In this document: positions 1-13,867 of the stretch, piece after piece
Position numbering within the stretch: the stretch's first letter is position 1
Layout: each line of letters starts with the position of its first letter
Assembly (NCBI RefSeq): GCF_001194135.2
Contig: NC_068995.1
Location: forward strand, 53,751,882 to 53,815,881
From: Octopus bimaculoides
Lineage: Eukaryota
DNA length: 64,000 nt
Reading direction: 5' to 3'
Program-made: the position numbers and the translations under genes
Notes under the pieces: model-generated
What the model was told of the DNA's origin: nothing
Database searches by the model: none
The model's input: only the letters and a program-made list of their open reading frames with translations

Positions 1-150
1 TTTTGGTCGGCCACGTCTTCTTTCACCTTATGGAACCCATTGTAAAGCGATCCTGACAATTGAGTTCGGTTTATAGCGACAAACTCGACGCAACCATTTC
101 CATCTCCTTGCTTCAATAGATACATAGACAGGGAGTGGATGATAGAAAAA
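1..150 (-). mobile_element. RTE-clade LINE, C-terminal ORF remnant (runs off window edge)
   Basis: Minus translation SIEARRWKWLRRVCRYKPNSIVRIALQWVP*GERRRGRPK matches the RTE post-RT motif RRWxWxGH..R....I.R.AL.W.P.G.R.RGRPK; one in-frame stop. Confidence 0.75.
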
Positions 151-734
151 TATTGCTGTCGCTATGGCTGTAAACTCGTAAGTGCTGAGAGAAATTAAGT
201 GCTGGAATGATGTATGTGTGCTTGAGTGCGTACGTCTGTATGTGCGTATGAACAAGTGTGTGTAAGTGGGGATGGACATACTACATTATATGAAGTAAAA
301 GATGTTAATCAGCACTAAGTCTGTGGATAATTCTGGACAATAGTCTGAAATTAATATTTCTCGTACTGTCTGCGTATGCTACTAATACTCAGCATAAAAA
401 CAATGCATGACACTTCTGTGTTTACTAAAGGAAAAATCTGACAATGTAAAGTAAATTTACACATCTATGATTGAACGCCAAGATATACATAACATCTAAC
501 ATATTAATCTTGTTAAAGATATACGATTGAATCTCGAAAGAATTTTACAACGATGTGTCAAAACATACATTATTTAATAAAGATTTCTGACATTGGCAGA
601 AACCCACTAATTTTGGATGAGGGAACAATATTTGATTGGTAATTATTTTATCTCAATAACGATTCACTGGAATTTATAAATGTATGATATTTAATATTTT
701 ATTCAGATAAGTTTTGAATGAATGCATTATATTA

Positions 735-947
735 TTTTCTGCTCTTGGCACAAGGCTCGAAATTTTGGGGGAGTGAGGCAGTCGATTTGATCGATCCCAG
801 TACGTAACTCGTACTTAAGTTATCAACTCCGAAAGGATTGAAGGCAAAGTCGACCTCGGTGGAATTTGAACTCAGAACGTAGCGGCAGACGAAATACTGC
901 TAAGCATTTCGCTCGCCGTGCTAACGTTTCTGCCAGCTCGCCGCCTT
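735..947 (-). mobile_element. tRNA-derived SINE, family F1 (octopus-type), near full length
   Basis: Reverse complement reads AAGGCGGCGAGCTGGCAGAAACGTTAGC (A-box-like) ... GTTCTGAGTTCAAATTCC (B-box-like) ... GTCGACTTTGCCTT...GATAACTTAAGTAC ... tail GCCTTGTGCC; homologous to copies at 19283, 19467, 39237, 45308 and 59712. Confidence 0.92.
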
Positions 948-965
948 ATAATATTCTTTTCTTAC

Positions 966-1002
966 AATATTTTTTTCTACTCTAGGTACAAGGCCCGAAA
1001 TT
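966..1002 (-). mobile_element. Isolated F1 SINE tail fragment just upstream of the 735-947 copy
   Basis: rc GGCCTTGTACCTAGAGTAGAAAAAAATATT resembles F1 tails elsewhere in the window. Confidence 0.55.
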
Positions 1003-1099
1003 CAAGACTATCTCGAAATAAAAGCATCACGAACTTAACCAAAATCTATAATGCACAAAACTCACTGAACATGATGCCTGTCTGGTTGAAGATTACCCG

Positions 1100-1250
1100 T
1101 CAGTGACTGCTGGTATTAATTTCCACTGAGAGACCCCGATCAATATGAAATTAAGTATTTTTCTCAAGACAAAAAAGAACAACAACCGCGTCCGCGAATC
1201 GAAGCCGTAATCTGGCGTTTGTTAGTGCATTACGATAACCACTGCGTCAT
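1100..1250 (-). mobile_element. Degenerate tRNA-derived SINE, different head (F3)
   Basis: rc head ATGACGCAGTGGTTATCG ... GGCTTCGATTCGCGG has A/B-box-like blocks; a similar head lies at 41160-41260. Confidence 0.4.
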
Positions 1251-2149
1251 AAGCATTCACCAAAAGAAATGTGTATTATTAAAATACATAATTAAATGTA
1301 TTATATTAGCTATGTTTCTATAAAAGTATATTGAAATACTTTAAGATTCTCTTTGTTCTTTAAAGCAGTAAAATTCCATTGTACAAACATCCAAACAATC
1401 AATAACGAGTAATTAACATTTTATATATCGAAGTTACAAAGTATTAGTAAGCGATATCAGAAATTAATTAATTGTAGAAAAAGACGGGAAATCTGAGATG
1501 CCACATTCAGACTGACATTTTCACTTCGAATATCAAAGCCTATTTAGTAGGCTACTGTGACATTCTTTTAATTATGTTATACGCCAGAACGGCAATAACG
1601 AAGATATCAGTTGGGTATCAAATTGTTCTCATCACGTAAACTGGGATTTAATTTAAAGAAACAATGACTAATAAATCAAATGAAATTTTGACCATTTTTA
1701 AAAATCGATTCTCTATTCCATCTATTAAGCGACTTGATTGAAAAAAAAATTCCAAGTAATGGATTTTAGAAATAGGAAGAAGTCTATGGTAGAGTTAACT
1801 CCGCAAAGTTAACATGACATGCAAAATCTAGTTGTGTAAGATTCTGAGCATGATAGTTATATCGACTTCAGAACGTGTAGTTGAACTGAGGATGTGGCAC
1901 TGACATGAAATCTGTAGCTGTCATCAATCATTGTGAAATTTCATCTTTTCTTCTTATTTACAAGCATGTTTTTCCCGATGTTTTCAAATAAGAAAATTCA
2001 ATCTTATGGATAAATTGATCCTCTACTATCATTCCGAAAAGGCACTTCGTTTTGTGATACGTTTCGACTTTGACGGCACAATCTCCTTCGAATGACACGT
2101 TGTATGCCAATTGGGTGAAATATAAATTAGTCACAGATCCGGTATGAGA

Positions 2150-2420
2150 TGGACAATTCAGGAGGTATTTCAGAGATTGTTAGTGTTAGCTGTTTTCCCT
2201 TCTACTGATTGTTCACTTAGCAACCACAAGCCAGTGTTCAATGAAGATATGATATCGTACAATAATCTACCTGCATTTATTTGAAGGCCCTCAGATGTGT
2301 CGCTGTGAAAAATAACCTCAACTGTATTTGAATGCTACCGATTATGCAAACAGAAACCATTTCTCACTACAATACCACACATAATTTGAGTTAGGAGTGC
2401 ATTAGAATAGAAAGAGATCG
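2150..2420 (-). mobile_element. Highly decayed RTE-like reverse transcriptase remnant
   Basis: Minus frame VIFHSDTSEGLQINAGRLLYDIISSLNTGL resembles the post-YADD segment (LF.S.T.EGLQ..L.RL......GL); stops on both sides. Confidence 0.35.
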
Positions 2421-4569
2421 GTATTCGACGGGTACATACCAATATCGAGCATGAAAAGTTGAACACAGAACATGAAGTAGCGTAGAAACTATAATATATA
2501 GAGTTAGTTACGATATTCTGTTGGATAATATTGGCTAGAAAAATACACAAACATGCATATCATTACATAAGTGTAACACCTATCCTTCGCACTCCCTCCC
2601 TACATACATAGTTACATACATAGATATATAGATACGTAGATACATATATCCATACATACGCAAACGTTCACAGAAATATATGTGCATGAATATATATAAA
2701 CGTATGCACACACATATTTATGTGTATTTACAATACATATATATTATATATCTTTCTATATCTATGTATATACATACGTACACACACTCACACACCGATA
2801 AACTGACCCCCCCCCTCATATGTATACATATATATAAATATATTTGTATATATACACGTCTGTGTGTGCGCGTATGTGTGTGTGTGCACATTCACACGCA
2901 CGAGACAGTGTATTATCAGTTTCCAAAAGGTTCGTGCCTAAGAACAGCATAAATAAATGAAAGAGCAATTCAGGCATTACTCTTCTTTGAACAGTATCCA
3001 ACCATAAATTAAATTGTTCGTTGTACGGATATAACGAACATCAAAGATATTTATTTTATTCAATTTATACTTTATACTTTCCTAAATGTTTAATTCATAT
3101 TTAACTATACTTCCCCTGTACACGTATAAATTGTGAGGTTAATTGTCGAAGTGTTTTGATATGGTGTTCAATTAATATATGAAATACACTCGATACAATT
3201 TGACCATCGAAAGATATCACAGGGGTGAACTGTTACTAGCAACACCATGATACTAGCAAGTGTTTTATCATGTACAGATAAGCAAGAAAACAAATTGAAT
3301 CAAAGATCTTAGCACTAATAAAAACTGCACTTTGACACGTCTTTTTACACGTCTTATATATGGGTTGTTTTTTAGTGTCCAGGTTTAACTGTTGAAATAT
3401 AAGACAGTTTTAAGTCTCGCAGATAAAACAATCCTAAACCATAAATGTCGTTAACACAAATGAAGGTGATAAAATAACGAATTTTGATATTTTTGATACT
3501 TTTAAATATGAGAGAATCGACACGGAATTGTTTGCATAAATAAAAACCAAAGAAAAAACAAACAAACAAATTATTCTATCAAAATATTTGGTTGTAATTC
3601 GCATTTATATAGAATTTCTTTTTACACATAGCGTTTCAATATGACTGAGATTTATTGCAAAATAACTATCGAGGTAAAAACGCTCCACTAGCAGCAATAG
3701 GCACCCCAGGACCATATAAATCTATCATCATTACTATTGTCATTATTATTGGTAGTATCTAATGAGTATATAGTGAGCATGAAGACAAATACAAACAAGA
3801 TACATGAAATATTCAGTTCTTATATTACACTTTAGGTTTGTATGAGATATATGCATTTGATAACATACAAAATAACATTTCATAACTGATGGATACTTAT
3901 GCGTAAATATAGCTATATACTTAAGCATATATGAATACGTAAATACATACTCACAACCACCCATCTATACATCCAGGGATACATGCATTCCTAAATGCGT
4001 GTGTTGTGTTTCGCCAAGAAAAACAGAAGAAATCTGATTCACATCCTCGAAATATAATCTTTGCTATCTATTCCAAGTCTTCTACGTTTGAGTTTCTTGG
4101 AATGCATTTATACACACATTCTAATCTACATACTGTACAGCGACATGCATAAACAGCAGTGGAAGACATTCCTATGCGCAGCCATTACATGGGTGCAAGA
4201 TTATTTACATATGTTCCTACATATATTCACTTACTCATTCATATATTCACAAAAAAACAGGTCCTTTTTGAATAAAACAAAATCCGTTCATAAAACATAA
4301 ATAAATCTCAAAGAAACCAAACAAACAATTAATTACTTATAGGGACACCGTATTTCGTTATGCAACCATAATATACTACATAGTAGATTAAACACCTTAT
4401 AAGTCAATACTATATCCTACTGTGTTAGCAGTGCTACTAAATAATATGTGTAATGCTTAATTCAGAAGCAGCATATAAATAAGTTATCAATACTACACAC
4501 ACATATATAGACACATATATATATGTCTATATATATATGTATACATATATATACATATATATTATATAT

Positions 4570-4680
4570 GCCAACGCGAAACAAGTTTATTTATGCCAGA
4601 AGCGTAAAAATCCTGCGTCTTGGTGGCGATGAAGTCGTTGAAGGGTGTATAAAACATCCGATTCTCATGAAAACAGAATA
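4570..4680 (-). mobile_element. Mariner (Tc1/mariner) transposase C-terminal remnant
   Basis: Minus frame FNDFIATKTQDFYASGINKLVSRW matches the mariner C-terminus (Hsmar1-like F.EF..S.S.DFYATGINKLISRWQKC); it ends at a (TA)-rich microsatellite. Confidence 0.82.
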
Positions 4681-4965
4681 AATATGCGTATAATGCAAAT
4701 TACAAACAATAAATTAAATAGAGAGATTCAATTGACAATCCAATAATTTGGATTCGTCTATCTATAAACCAAAGCTATGAAGATACTTATAAAAGTGGAG
4801 ATGCATTGCTTATAAATCAAATAATGTATATAATTCGAAGCAAATTGTTGGCCATTTGGGTTTTTGAATGATTTTTTAATGTTATATTATTTTATAGTAT
4901 ATTAAGTTACATTATAACATATATAAATTATTGGATTGTCATTTGAATTTCTCTATTTAATTTTT

Positions 4966-5006
<41 letters not shown>

Positions 5007-5239
5007 TGTATATAGACTTATATATTTTTGTATATGTATATATATATATACATATATATATGTAAAAACATATATATCTATGTAAACATATATATGTATA
5101 TNNNNNNNNNNNNNNNNNNNNNNNNNNNNNNNNNNNNNNNNNNNNNNNNNNNNNNNNNNNNNNNNNNNNNNNNNNNNNNNNNNNTATATATAAATTTAAA
5201 TTATATTCCGTTAGGAACGCATTAGAATACAAAACAGAG

Positions 5240-5690
5240 CTCGTTCACCCTTAGAATTATCAAGTAGCCGGTAGCATTCTAAGTCTAGGCTTAGCAATTC
5301 ATCGTGTGTGAAGAAGATGGAACTGCCAGCATCTACTAGATTCAAAAGAGCCAGTTAGATGCGCTAGTACCAAAGTAAAAAATTTCCTTACGGGACCGCT
5401 CTCTGTTGTGCTCTGTAAAACATTAACTGCGTCTGTCGGTGGGGCTGCAGTTTGGATATAAGGAATCTGGGGAGTATGAAGTTACACTTAAGTCACCGCT
5501 ACTTCAATATCCATTCCAGCCTGCGGTGATGAGACCTGTCAAGAGCTTGAAAATGGGTCAAATACCAGGAAATATTCCTGTAGCTAACACATGTAGGATT
5601 CGTGTGTCCCACAGATCTAACGGCCCTGATGTGACGGGGGATCATCCCTCCTGCCTAAGTGTTAAAAAACGCAGAAGAGCAGGAAACCAA
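5240..5690 (+). mobile_element. Relatively GC-rich block, probably decayed RTE-like LINE 3' region
   Basis: Composition differs from flanks; frame RRWNCQHLLDSKEPVR weakly resembles RTE RR....GH..RS.EPV; many stops. The 88-aa ORF has no recognisable family. Confidence 0.3.
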
Positions 5691-6861
5691 ATGAATAAAC
5701 AGTAAATAAATCAGTAGAAGGAAATGCAAAACCATTGCTATATGTTTTTCACAAGAATCTTGAATTTTCACACTTTGGCTTGAAGGACATTCATTGCCGA
5801 CCTCTGTGAAACAGAAATGATACACGAAGAGCGAAATATCGCAAACATAACAAACAAGTGGAAAAGGAAACGACGCATGATTTCAGTTATAATTTTTAAT
5901 CAATGTTATCTCATAATCAGCAAAAGAATTTCCTATATGTTGCAAATTTCCACTTTCCGCTATGATCAGAAGATTTTCATCTCAAGTTCATTGAAAATAG
6001 CGAGGCGAACTTTAAATAAGTTTGCTGACACCATAACAACCGTTAATTATAAAGAAAGAAATAACGAATATTTCCAATTATCAGAACACAAATTTTATTA
6101 GCAACCTAATTTACTGTAGTAATTTATTGAATGTATGCCCAGTAAATGTCAAATGACTCGAAAAACTAGTTATATATGCACTTACTGTCATATTTAACAT
6201 TAAACAGACAGAATAGATTACATCAGTGTGGCAACAAATAAATTAAAGCTGAAATATGTGAAACATAAATACACATTAACACACCGCAATCAAGATTGGA
6301 CACGTGTTTAGTGAACATTTTTTCTAATCTACAATCTCAGCTGGTGCCATTTACAAAAAGAAGTATTTTTTAAATAATTTTCTTTTCTTGTAGGTTATGC
6401 ACATGAGAAAATGGTATTGATTTAAAAATAAGACACGAAAACACTGCATAAGTACAGACAGGTGATTTCCTTTCGCCCACCATAAAACAAATACCTTACT
6501 ACGTATTATGCCAGCAGTTGTATTCTTAAATACGAAACCAAGAATTCCTGAAACATCGAAGGCACACATTTTTTCATAAAAGAATGTTTGGAATTCTTCA
6601 ATGTATTATATATATATAACAATATTTTTATGTACACATCAATAAAGTTATAGTGACCTCCTCTTAACAATAACCTTGCAAGCATTTCCCCATTAAGCAC
6701 ACATAACACACACACACATAAATACACACACACATATAGATACACATACACATACATATGCCATATAGGTTTAATTTCCTTCCTATATTCGCTTCTTTAC
6801 ACAAAACAACTAGCTTGTTTTTTAAAGATTTAAACATTATTATTAGATTATTGAGCCGGTT

Positions 6862-6954
6862 AAAACCACATATACATACTATACATACTAGAAACAAAAT
6901 CTCCGAAAACCACATATACATACTATACATACTAGAAACAAAATCTCCGAAAAC
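6862..6954. repeat. Perfect 44-bp tandem duplication
   Basis: AAAACCACATATACATACTATACATACTAGAAACAAAATCTCCG occurs at 6862-6905 and 6906-6949 with no mismatch, followed by a further AAAAC. Confidence 0.97.
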
Positions 6955-7299
6955 AACATCCGAAATACAGCAACAATGACAAACATTGTTAACAGATTTG
7001 AAACAACGTCTAAATTATAAGTGAATTTGTTTTTATATAATAAATTGTGTGATATCAAAATAATTCACAAGAGCGGTGGGTTGGCAGGATCATTCAAGGA
7101 GAGAATATAATTCTCTTAGTGAGTGCAATTATTTTATGTGCATTTTTGTTGTTTGTGTGGCACTAGTTTTGTATGGCTTTCCTGTCTGCTGCAACTGATA
7201 CTTCGTTTAAATGGTATTTTATTAATTTATGTAGTAGAAACCTAGTGTGGTTTGATAAAGATATCCGTTCGATTAGATATCATTTGCCAGTATTTAAGA

Positions 7300-9130
7300 A
7301 ATGGCATATCCCGAATTAAAGTCACTTAATCATTCTTCCTAAAGAATTTTAAAGTGTATGCTATAACCATTCGTTTTCTGTAGGCCTTTCATTAAGTTGG
7401 CACAATTTCCTCAAATGATATACTTATTCCTTTTTTATTCAGACTGGTCAACCATGGACGATGCGGTTAATTCCAGTCCTCAGTCTTTACATATTCTGCC
7501 ATTTATAAATGTATCAGGTCATCCTATAGTTTCTGTCCAATTTTACAGTTAAAAAATTTGAATGAAATTTAATAGTATTTTAGAATGTCTAATGAGATTT
7601 AAAATTATTTTTATGCATTTGTGTACATTTGTGTACTATTGGAGGCCGCCTAGTATTCAGTCCATGTCACACCCAGATACTACTTTCCTATGCTGTAATC
7701 TGTGGTTATAGATTTGGTAATCAATAACTGATCTTTTTAACGGCATATAAGTCTTTACACCATCCATTCACTTTTGCAAGTTGTAAGACGGTAGGATATG
7801 GGTCTGTAGCTTTTAATATGTCTTTTCATTTGTGTTCGGTATTGTTTTTCTTTGTCTGTGAATGTTCTCGTCAGCCTCTTCAGTATTTTATTAACCTTCT
7901 TTAGTCTACTTCATTGTATTTTTCTAAAATATTTTAAGTTTGAGATGGTAACATTCTTGTTTCGTGTGTTGTCAAGGTACACTTCGTAACATACTTCATC
8001 CCACTAACCTCTTGCATCGATGCATCGATTTCGAGTTTATTTCTTCTTAGTAGTACTTGACAAAATCACTTGAGATCAGTGCCGAAGTTTGTCATTTGTT
8101 CAAATAATAGTCGTTCTTCAAACCGCTGTATATAGTCGTGATTTAGCAAAGATGTCTGTGTAGGTTCTTTAGTTTCTGGAAATTTCTTTTCCGTTCTGTA
8201 GAATTTGTCTCTTCTTATTTTTGAGTTTTTTCTTTTATTATTGACCTCGTTAAATTTTGGAGAATGTTTCTATATTTTCTCTATACTTATTTACTTCTTT
8301 CCTTCACTGCGTTTTTATAATCTCATATGAAGAGATTTATTGGACTACAGTCCATTTATTTCTTTGTTCATGTCGTGGTTGTTTCGTGGATTATTTTGTT
8401 TCATTTTAGATGCATGACTATTTTCATTGTATCCGCCATGGGCAGGTTTAAGATTTTATATTATTTTGCTGTTTAATCTATGAGATTTATCCGTGGGAAG
8501 TATTAACATCGGTGCATCAAGAGAAATTCTATTGATTTTAATTCTTTAATTATTTCCACCTAGATTTTCATAACTTCCGACTACAGAATTCTCTGATCTT
8601 TAAATCATCCTATATCAATTTTTATTTATAGTTTTGAATGTATGGTTTTGGTTCAGATTTTGTCCGTCAGTTTTATATAAATATTTTAAGTTTTGGTTGT
8701 TGTTAAATTCCTTGCGTTGTCTCATGTGCACATGTTAAGTTTTTCAACAATAATTTTATTTTCATGGTTTGTTTTGTATTCATCGTTTGCATTTCACTGA
8801 TGTATTTTCTGTCTAATGGTTTCTATTTCAATTTGTGATACATCGATTTTTCTTTTTTGACTATAATCTTAATTTTGCTCTATAAATCGTGACAAAGTTT
8901 ATGTTTTGAAAATGGAGATTTTTTCCCGGAAAATTCATAAGCATATATTGTAAAATTGTGAATGTAAGATATGGATGCAAAATAGAAACATAGCATCACC
9001 TTGTGCCAAATGTGTTGCCTTATAGGTGAGAATCGAAGGTAAAGGTAACCAAACCTATCAGTTATATCAAGATTTGTGTAGGGTGTCATTTGTATCCATT
9101 TCGGGTGTTGCTGAAATTTGTACACTCAAA
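7300..9130 (-). mobile_element. Decayed APE-RT LINE (A-rich coding strand; clade uncertain)
   Basis: Strong T skew on plus; minus frame KSYRPISYRLTTCK near 7780-7815 resembles the RT NYRPISL motif; APE-like traces (FTI..YA, I.GDF) toward 8600-9000; riddled with stops. Confidence 0.5.
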
Positions 9131-9934
9131 TTTTCGTATTTAAAAATTTTTTATGCATTAGGTTCCAAGTGCACATTTTATCTTTTGTTTTCTTTATCAC
9201 TTTTCTAGAAGCGAAATGAGACGGCCTACTGTTCAAACAAACTGTGGTCAGAGGTTTTGCTTACACGTATTCATAGATCATTGTCAACATTTGTAATATC
9301 TAAATTGTATAAGATTAAAGTCAATATTTACACAAATATCCTTGAACGAACACGCCATTTTTTAATGTTATATAAATTGTAGCTTTTGTTATACTCATAA
9401 TCGATGCAGTTGTTGTTACTAATATCAATATTGTCCTTGTCTTTCTTATTTTTCTTATTATCGTCTTTGTCGTTGTTGTTATTGTAATCGTTTAGTCTTA
9501 TTCTTATTGTATAATTTCCCAGAGTTTGATTACTTTGCTATTCTCAGAGGAATTCTTTGGTTTTCCTATACCATCCCCATTCTGCTGTTTCATAGTGCTA
9601 GCTCAACTTTCATTAAATGCTAGTTTTGACTCTGTCTTTGTCAGTGGAAGGAATTTTTCAATGGCTAAGGTTGTAGAGGTAGAGATACTTAAAAAAAATT
9701 ATCTGTTTTAATTATTGTGCATTCCATTACATATATTAATTATGCATGTTTAGTGTATATGAAAGTGTTAACAGCCTTTTATATTATCCAATACCTTTAT
9801 ATATTTCTTGTTTTACTGTAATTTCCTTCGGTAATCACCTAGATTTAAACCCTATGGACAACGTTCTGATTACATGTTTCGAAAGTTCCTGGCAATAATG
9901 GAAGCAAGGTTTTATGGCTCTTATTATTAAAAAT

Positions 9935-10138
9935 GGTAAATCGGCGGACAAAAATGCCGTGTGGTTTGTTGTGATGCCTATTTAAGGTCTATATTCAAAT
10001 CATGCCACGGTGGATTTTTTATTATTCATTTAATATTGTCGGAGTAACAGCATCCATTAAAACATTGGGGTCGATTTCATCGATTATACACGCCTTCAAA
10101 ATTTATGGCCTCCTGCCAATTTCAGAAATTATTATTAT
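9935..10138 (+). mobile_element. Degenerate F1 SINE
   Basis: 3' half CATTGGGGTCGATTTCATCGATT...AAAATTTATGGCC...GAAATTATTATT resembles the F1 3' module and tail; the head is decayed. Confidence 0.5.
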
Positions 10139-10150
10139 TGGAAAGAAAAG

Positions 10151-10151
<1 letters not shown>

Positions 10152-10219
<68 letters not shown>
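10152..10219. repeat. (AAT)n microsatellite running into an assembly gap
   Basis: Direct reading; gap at 10220-10386. Confidence 0.97.
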
Positions 10220-11194
10220 NNNNNNNNNNNNNNNNNNNNNNNNNNNNNNNNNNNNNNNNNNNNNNNNNNNNNNNNNNNNNNNNNNNNNNNNNNNNNNNNN
10301 NNNNNNNNNNNNNNNNNNNNNNNNNNNNNNNNNNNNNNNNNNNNNNNNNNNNNNNNNNNNNNNNNNNNNNNNNNNNNNNNNNNNNNCACACACATGTATA
10401 ACGATTTCTTGATACTTTCTTATTTCCCGTTCATGAAATATGTTTACTGTGTCTTGTTAGGGAACTATTAAATTGATTAAATTTTTAGATTATAGGGAGA
10501 TTCACTGTGAATATGATTATTTACACGTGAAAACATTCGTTCATGTTTTCATTTACACTACATCGGTCGTCATCAGGTGTCTTACTATTATATATCGCAT
10601 TTTGGAATGGATTCGAACTAAAAGCGTAGTATAATTGTGTTGAATTGATTCATTAGTGAAAATAGAATGTCTAAGTTTATCAGCATTTAAGTACCTGAAC
10701 GAAGAAACACGTCAGGTTCTATTCTGGAGCATTCCTTCCTCTGAGCTTCTCCCAGCGGACATTGTGTACCTAGACCCATATTGCGCATTGTGTATTTCGA
10801 TTTTAAATCATGTGGAGTGTCTATGAGGATGATCTAGCTGCTATTTCTATCAGTTTTTGATGATTATGTAGCAGCTTCCTAATGAGTTTCAAGACATCTT
10901 GTTACTTATAGTCAGATCTATCGTCTTTCGTTTCACCAAATAAATAGTTTCCCATGGCTCGTATCCTTAAAGTATTCCGTATCCTTAGAAAAGATTCTCT
11001 TATTTCATTGTTCCATATTATCATTACTCTAAATGTCAATCATGGCTGATGGGGCATACACGGTGGTTCGTTAATTTATAGATCTGTTTTAATATCCAGC
11101 GTTGAAACATTCCGCAGAATACTGCACTTATCTGTTAATAACCGAGAGCACGTGATTGAAGGAGAACAAAGAAAATAAGTGAGACAGAGATAGG

Positions 11195-11197
<3 letters not shown>

Positions 11198-11270
<73 letters not shown>

Positions 11271-11277
11271 CAGAGAG
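11198..11277. repeat. (GA)n microsatellite
   Basis: Direct reading. Confidence 0.97.
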
Positions 11278-13867
11278 GAAATGAAAGAGAGTGAGAGAGC
11301 GATTGAAACAGAATGCAAGAAAGAGATGACTAAGAATGTAAAAGATACTTTGGTTGATAGCAAGGGAAAGACGTGGTCTGAGTGATTCTTCAAACTATCT
11401 AATTTTATAAAACATTAATTACTTAAACCCCTTAGCTCCATGTTTGCTTCGCTGGGTTGACCATACCAGGCGAGCTATACCAGTATCAGCGCTGAAAGTT
11501 GGTAGTGAAATTAAATTTAATTAAGAAACCTCATTAATACCGCAGACTCGCCACCGTATTATCCATACACTAATCGTTGGCTGTCTTCAGTCACAGGAAA
11601 TTGATAAATGAATGCGTTGCACTGAAATGTGCTGCTAAAACGTATTGGCATTTCAGTTTTACTTTGACCGTTAGATACACCATGATATCTCATATTGAAT
11701 CTTAATAAAATCAGTAAATGGAGGGAGGCTAGTGAGAGGTAGATGTATTATTGTATGGCTGATATTTTGAAGGATACAATAGACAATACAATAAAATATT
11801 TTCTAAAAGTGGCATTTATAGCTAAATGAACCGAAGCCTAATTTAATAACCGAAGTAAGAAATACATCAAATTCAATTACAATAATCGATGATTTAAAGG
11901 AGAAGTTAAGAAGAAAGAGTATTGTAATATCTTTTTGCAGCATCATTGCAACGAGTGTTTCGTAATATTCATACATGATCTCATTCTGCAAATTGAAATA
12001 ATCATTTTTGGTGATGATATAGTAATTTGACGTATTATTCGTTTGTAGAGACAAAAACATTAGGAAAAGAAGAGATAAAGAAAAAAATTATGAATGAATT
12101 TTCGTTTAAAAATAAGTGAAATTTATATGAAATAACCATTTCAGTTAATGATGATAACTCGCCTGCATTAGAGTATATATATTTCAATGGAAATAGAAAG
12201 TAAGTAGAATACAAATAGTTTCAGATTAAACTGGCAAATATATTTACTGTTAATGATTCCAAAATGTTCTTTCCTAGTGAAGCTTATGGCTCATTGCTTC
12301 GTAAGCTATTTAACACAAACGCGACTAGCAAAGACCAAAGATAGCTGAAATGGTTTTCTAGTCACACCAAATATAATTTAGATGTTCTAGGTGAGTGGTT
12401 TAATAGGAGACAAGCTCTCCAGAGTTATGTAGCAATCTATGATGAATCAGCCAGGAAATTAACCTTATTTCACGGAATGGTAAACAAATACGTACATGCC
12501 TCACAGAATATGAAGAAATGCGCAAATATTGTTATTAGTTTTATGCAGTTGAATGCGTTCTAATATACTTAACTACCAAGTGATATTGTCATTTCTTACA
12601 GCTCTTGTTGACAGACAATATTTACAAGTTACAGTCTTAACATGGCATTTCTTCATACCGCTCGCTGTCTCTATTCCGTCCACTGACACAAAACATTTAT
12701 CAACCGATAGATGAAACATTTCCATGTTGTAGAGTCTAACTCTAATCGCATTTTCGCATGAAGGCCGACGATATATATAGAAGTAGTATCGCCAGCTCAT
12801 TGGTTTCAGTGATGGAGTCTCTCAGGAACAGACAACTTTAACTGATGGAATATCATAATATAATTAACTCCCATCAACAGAGCCATTAATACACGAAATC
12901 CACAGCAACATCAAGTTACAATAGTAATAACATTTTACATTAAGGGTTGGAAATTATAGCGAAGGAGATGTAGTCGATGTAAATAATGCTGTGTATTACT
13001 GGTAATTATTTTACCGAACCAGGAGGGATGTTAACTCTGAACAGAAGAGCTGTAAATAAAACTTAAATATACTTATCGCAAGCCTGTTCAATTTCTTCCA
13101 GTCCGCTGCTTTAATAATGATGTCTACATTTGGCGAAAAGCCATTATTTCTCAGGTTTGTACGTAGCCGGTGTAATCAATTCCAGAACTTAACTAGTTCC
13201 TATTTTCTCGGCTCTGAAGATATGAAAGGAAATTAAATCTTCACGAGATTTGAAAACGGTATGTAAAGGGACGTAACTAAATATAACACGTTATTTGGTC
13301 CAAAGATCTCTCAATTCAACCATGCTGATGGATATTGGATTAACAATAAAGAATTATACGTTTATTTTGTAATAAGATCTACAAAACGAATAAAAGCTTT
13401 GAAGACCGAGTGCCTGATGTTAATAGGATCCAAATAAACCCTAACGTTTCGGTTAAACCCTGTAATTCACAAGTTACAGTCTTACTCTTATTCATTATCT
13501 GCCACTTGTCCGTACATGCCATCAATAGTGCCTGAAAATTTCGACTGACACTTTTGGGAATATACTTAATTGGCATCTTGTTCGCGTATACATTAACTAA
13601 GATAGCAGCTAAAAAAGAACGTTATAGAAAAATGCAATTTGTAGAGAATAACACTACACTCAACAATTTCCCATTAATGCTTTTGCTGCTCAGTATTTCC
13701 CTTCTCTCAGGTATTGTTAAAGATATTTTACATCTCTTACGCTTTTATGCTGTAATTTATAGAACAATGTTTCAGGTTGGCCATGGAGTTGGCTGTTTTT
13801 ACTTCGCTCTTCCTCGCACGCAGTTTCTCAAATTGCTGCTAAAATCTCAACTACGTAATGGTGTATT

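Noticed and set aside
120-177. Apparent exon YIDREWMIEKYCCRYGCKL with an insulin A-chain-like CCxxxC and a GTAAGT donor
   Set aside because: It overlaps an RTE remnant on the opposite strand, the final insulin cysteine is absent (stop instead), and there is no B-chain.
2270-2335. HSNTVEVIFHSDTS resembling a CUB (or PDZ) segment
   Set aside because: It is preceded by an in-frame stop, lacks the rest of the domain, and fits a decayed RT segment better.
9209-9266. EMRRPTVQTNCGQRFCLH resembling a TRAF RING finger behind a strong acceptor
   Set aside because: The zinc-ligand His is missing, there is no upstream CxxC, and the continuation LHVFID matches the RT VFID.KAFD motif.
12624-13484. Exact 16-mer ACAAGTTACAGTCTTA at 12624 and 13469 (KTVTC in two ORFs)
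   Set aside because: Flanks do not align convincingly, and a few such matches are expected by chance in 64 kb of AT-rich sequence.
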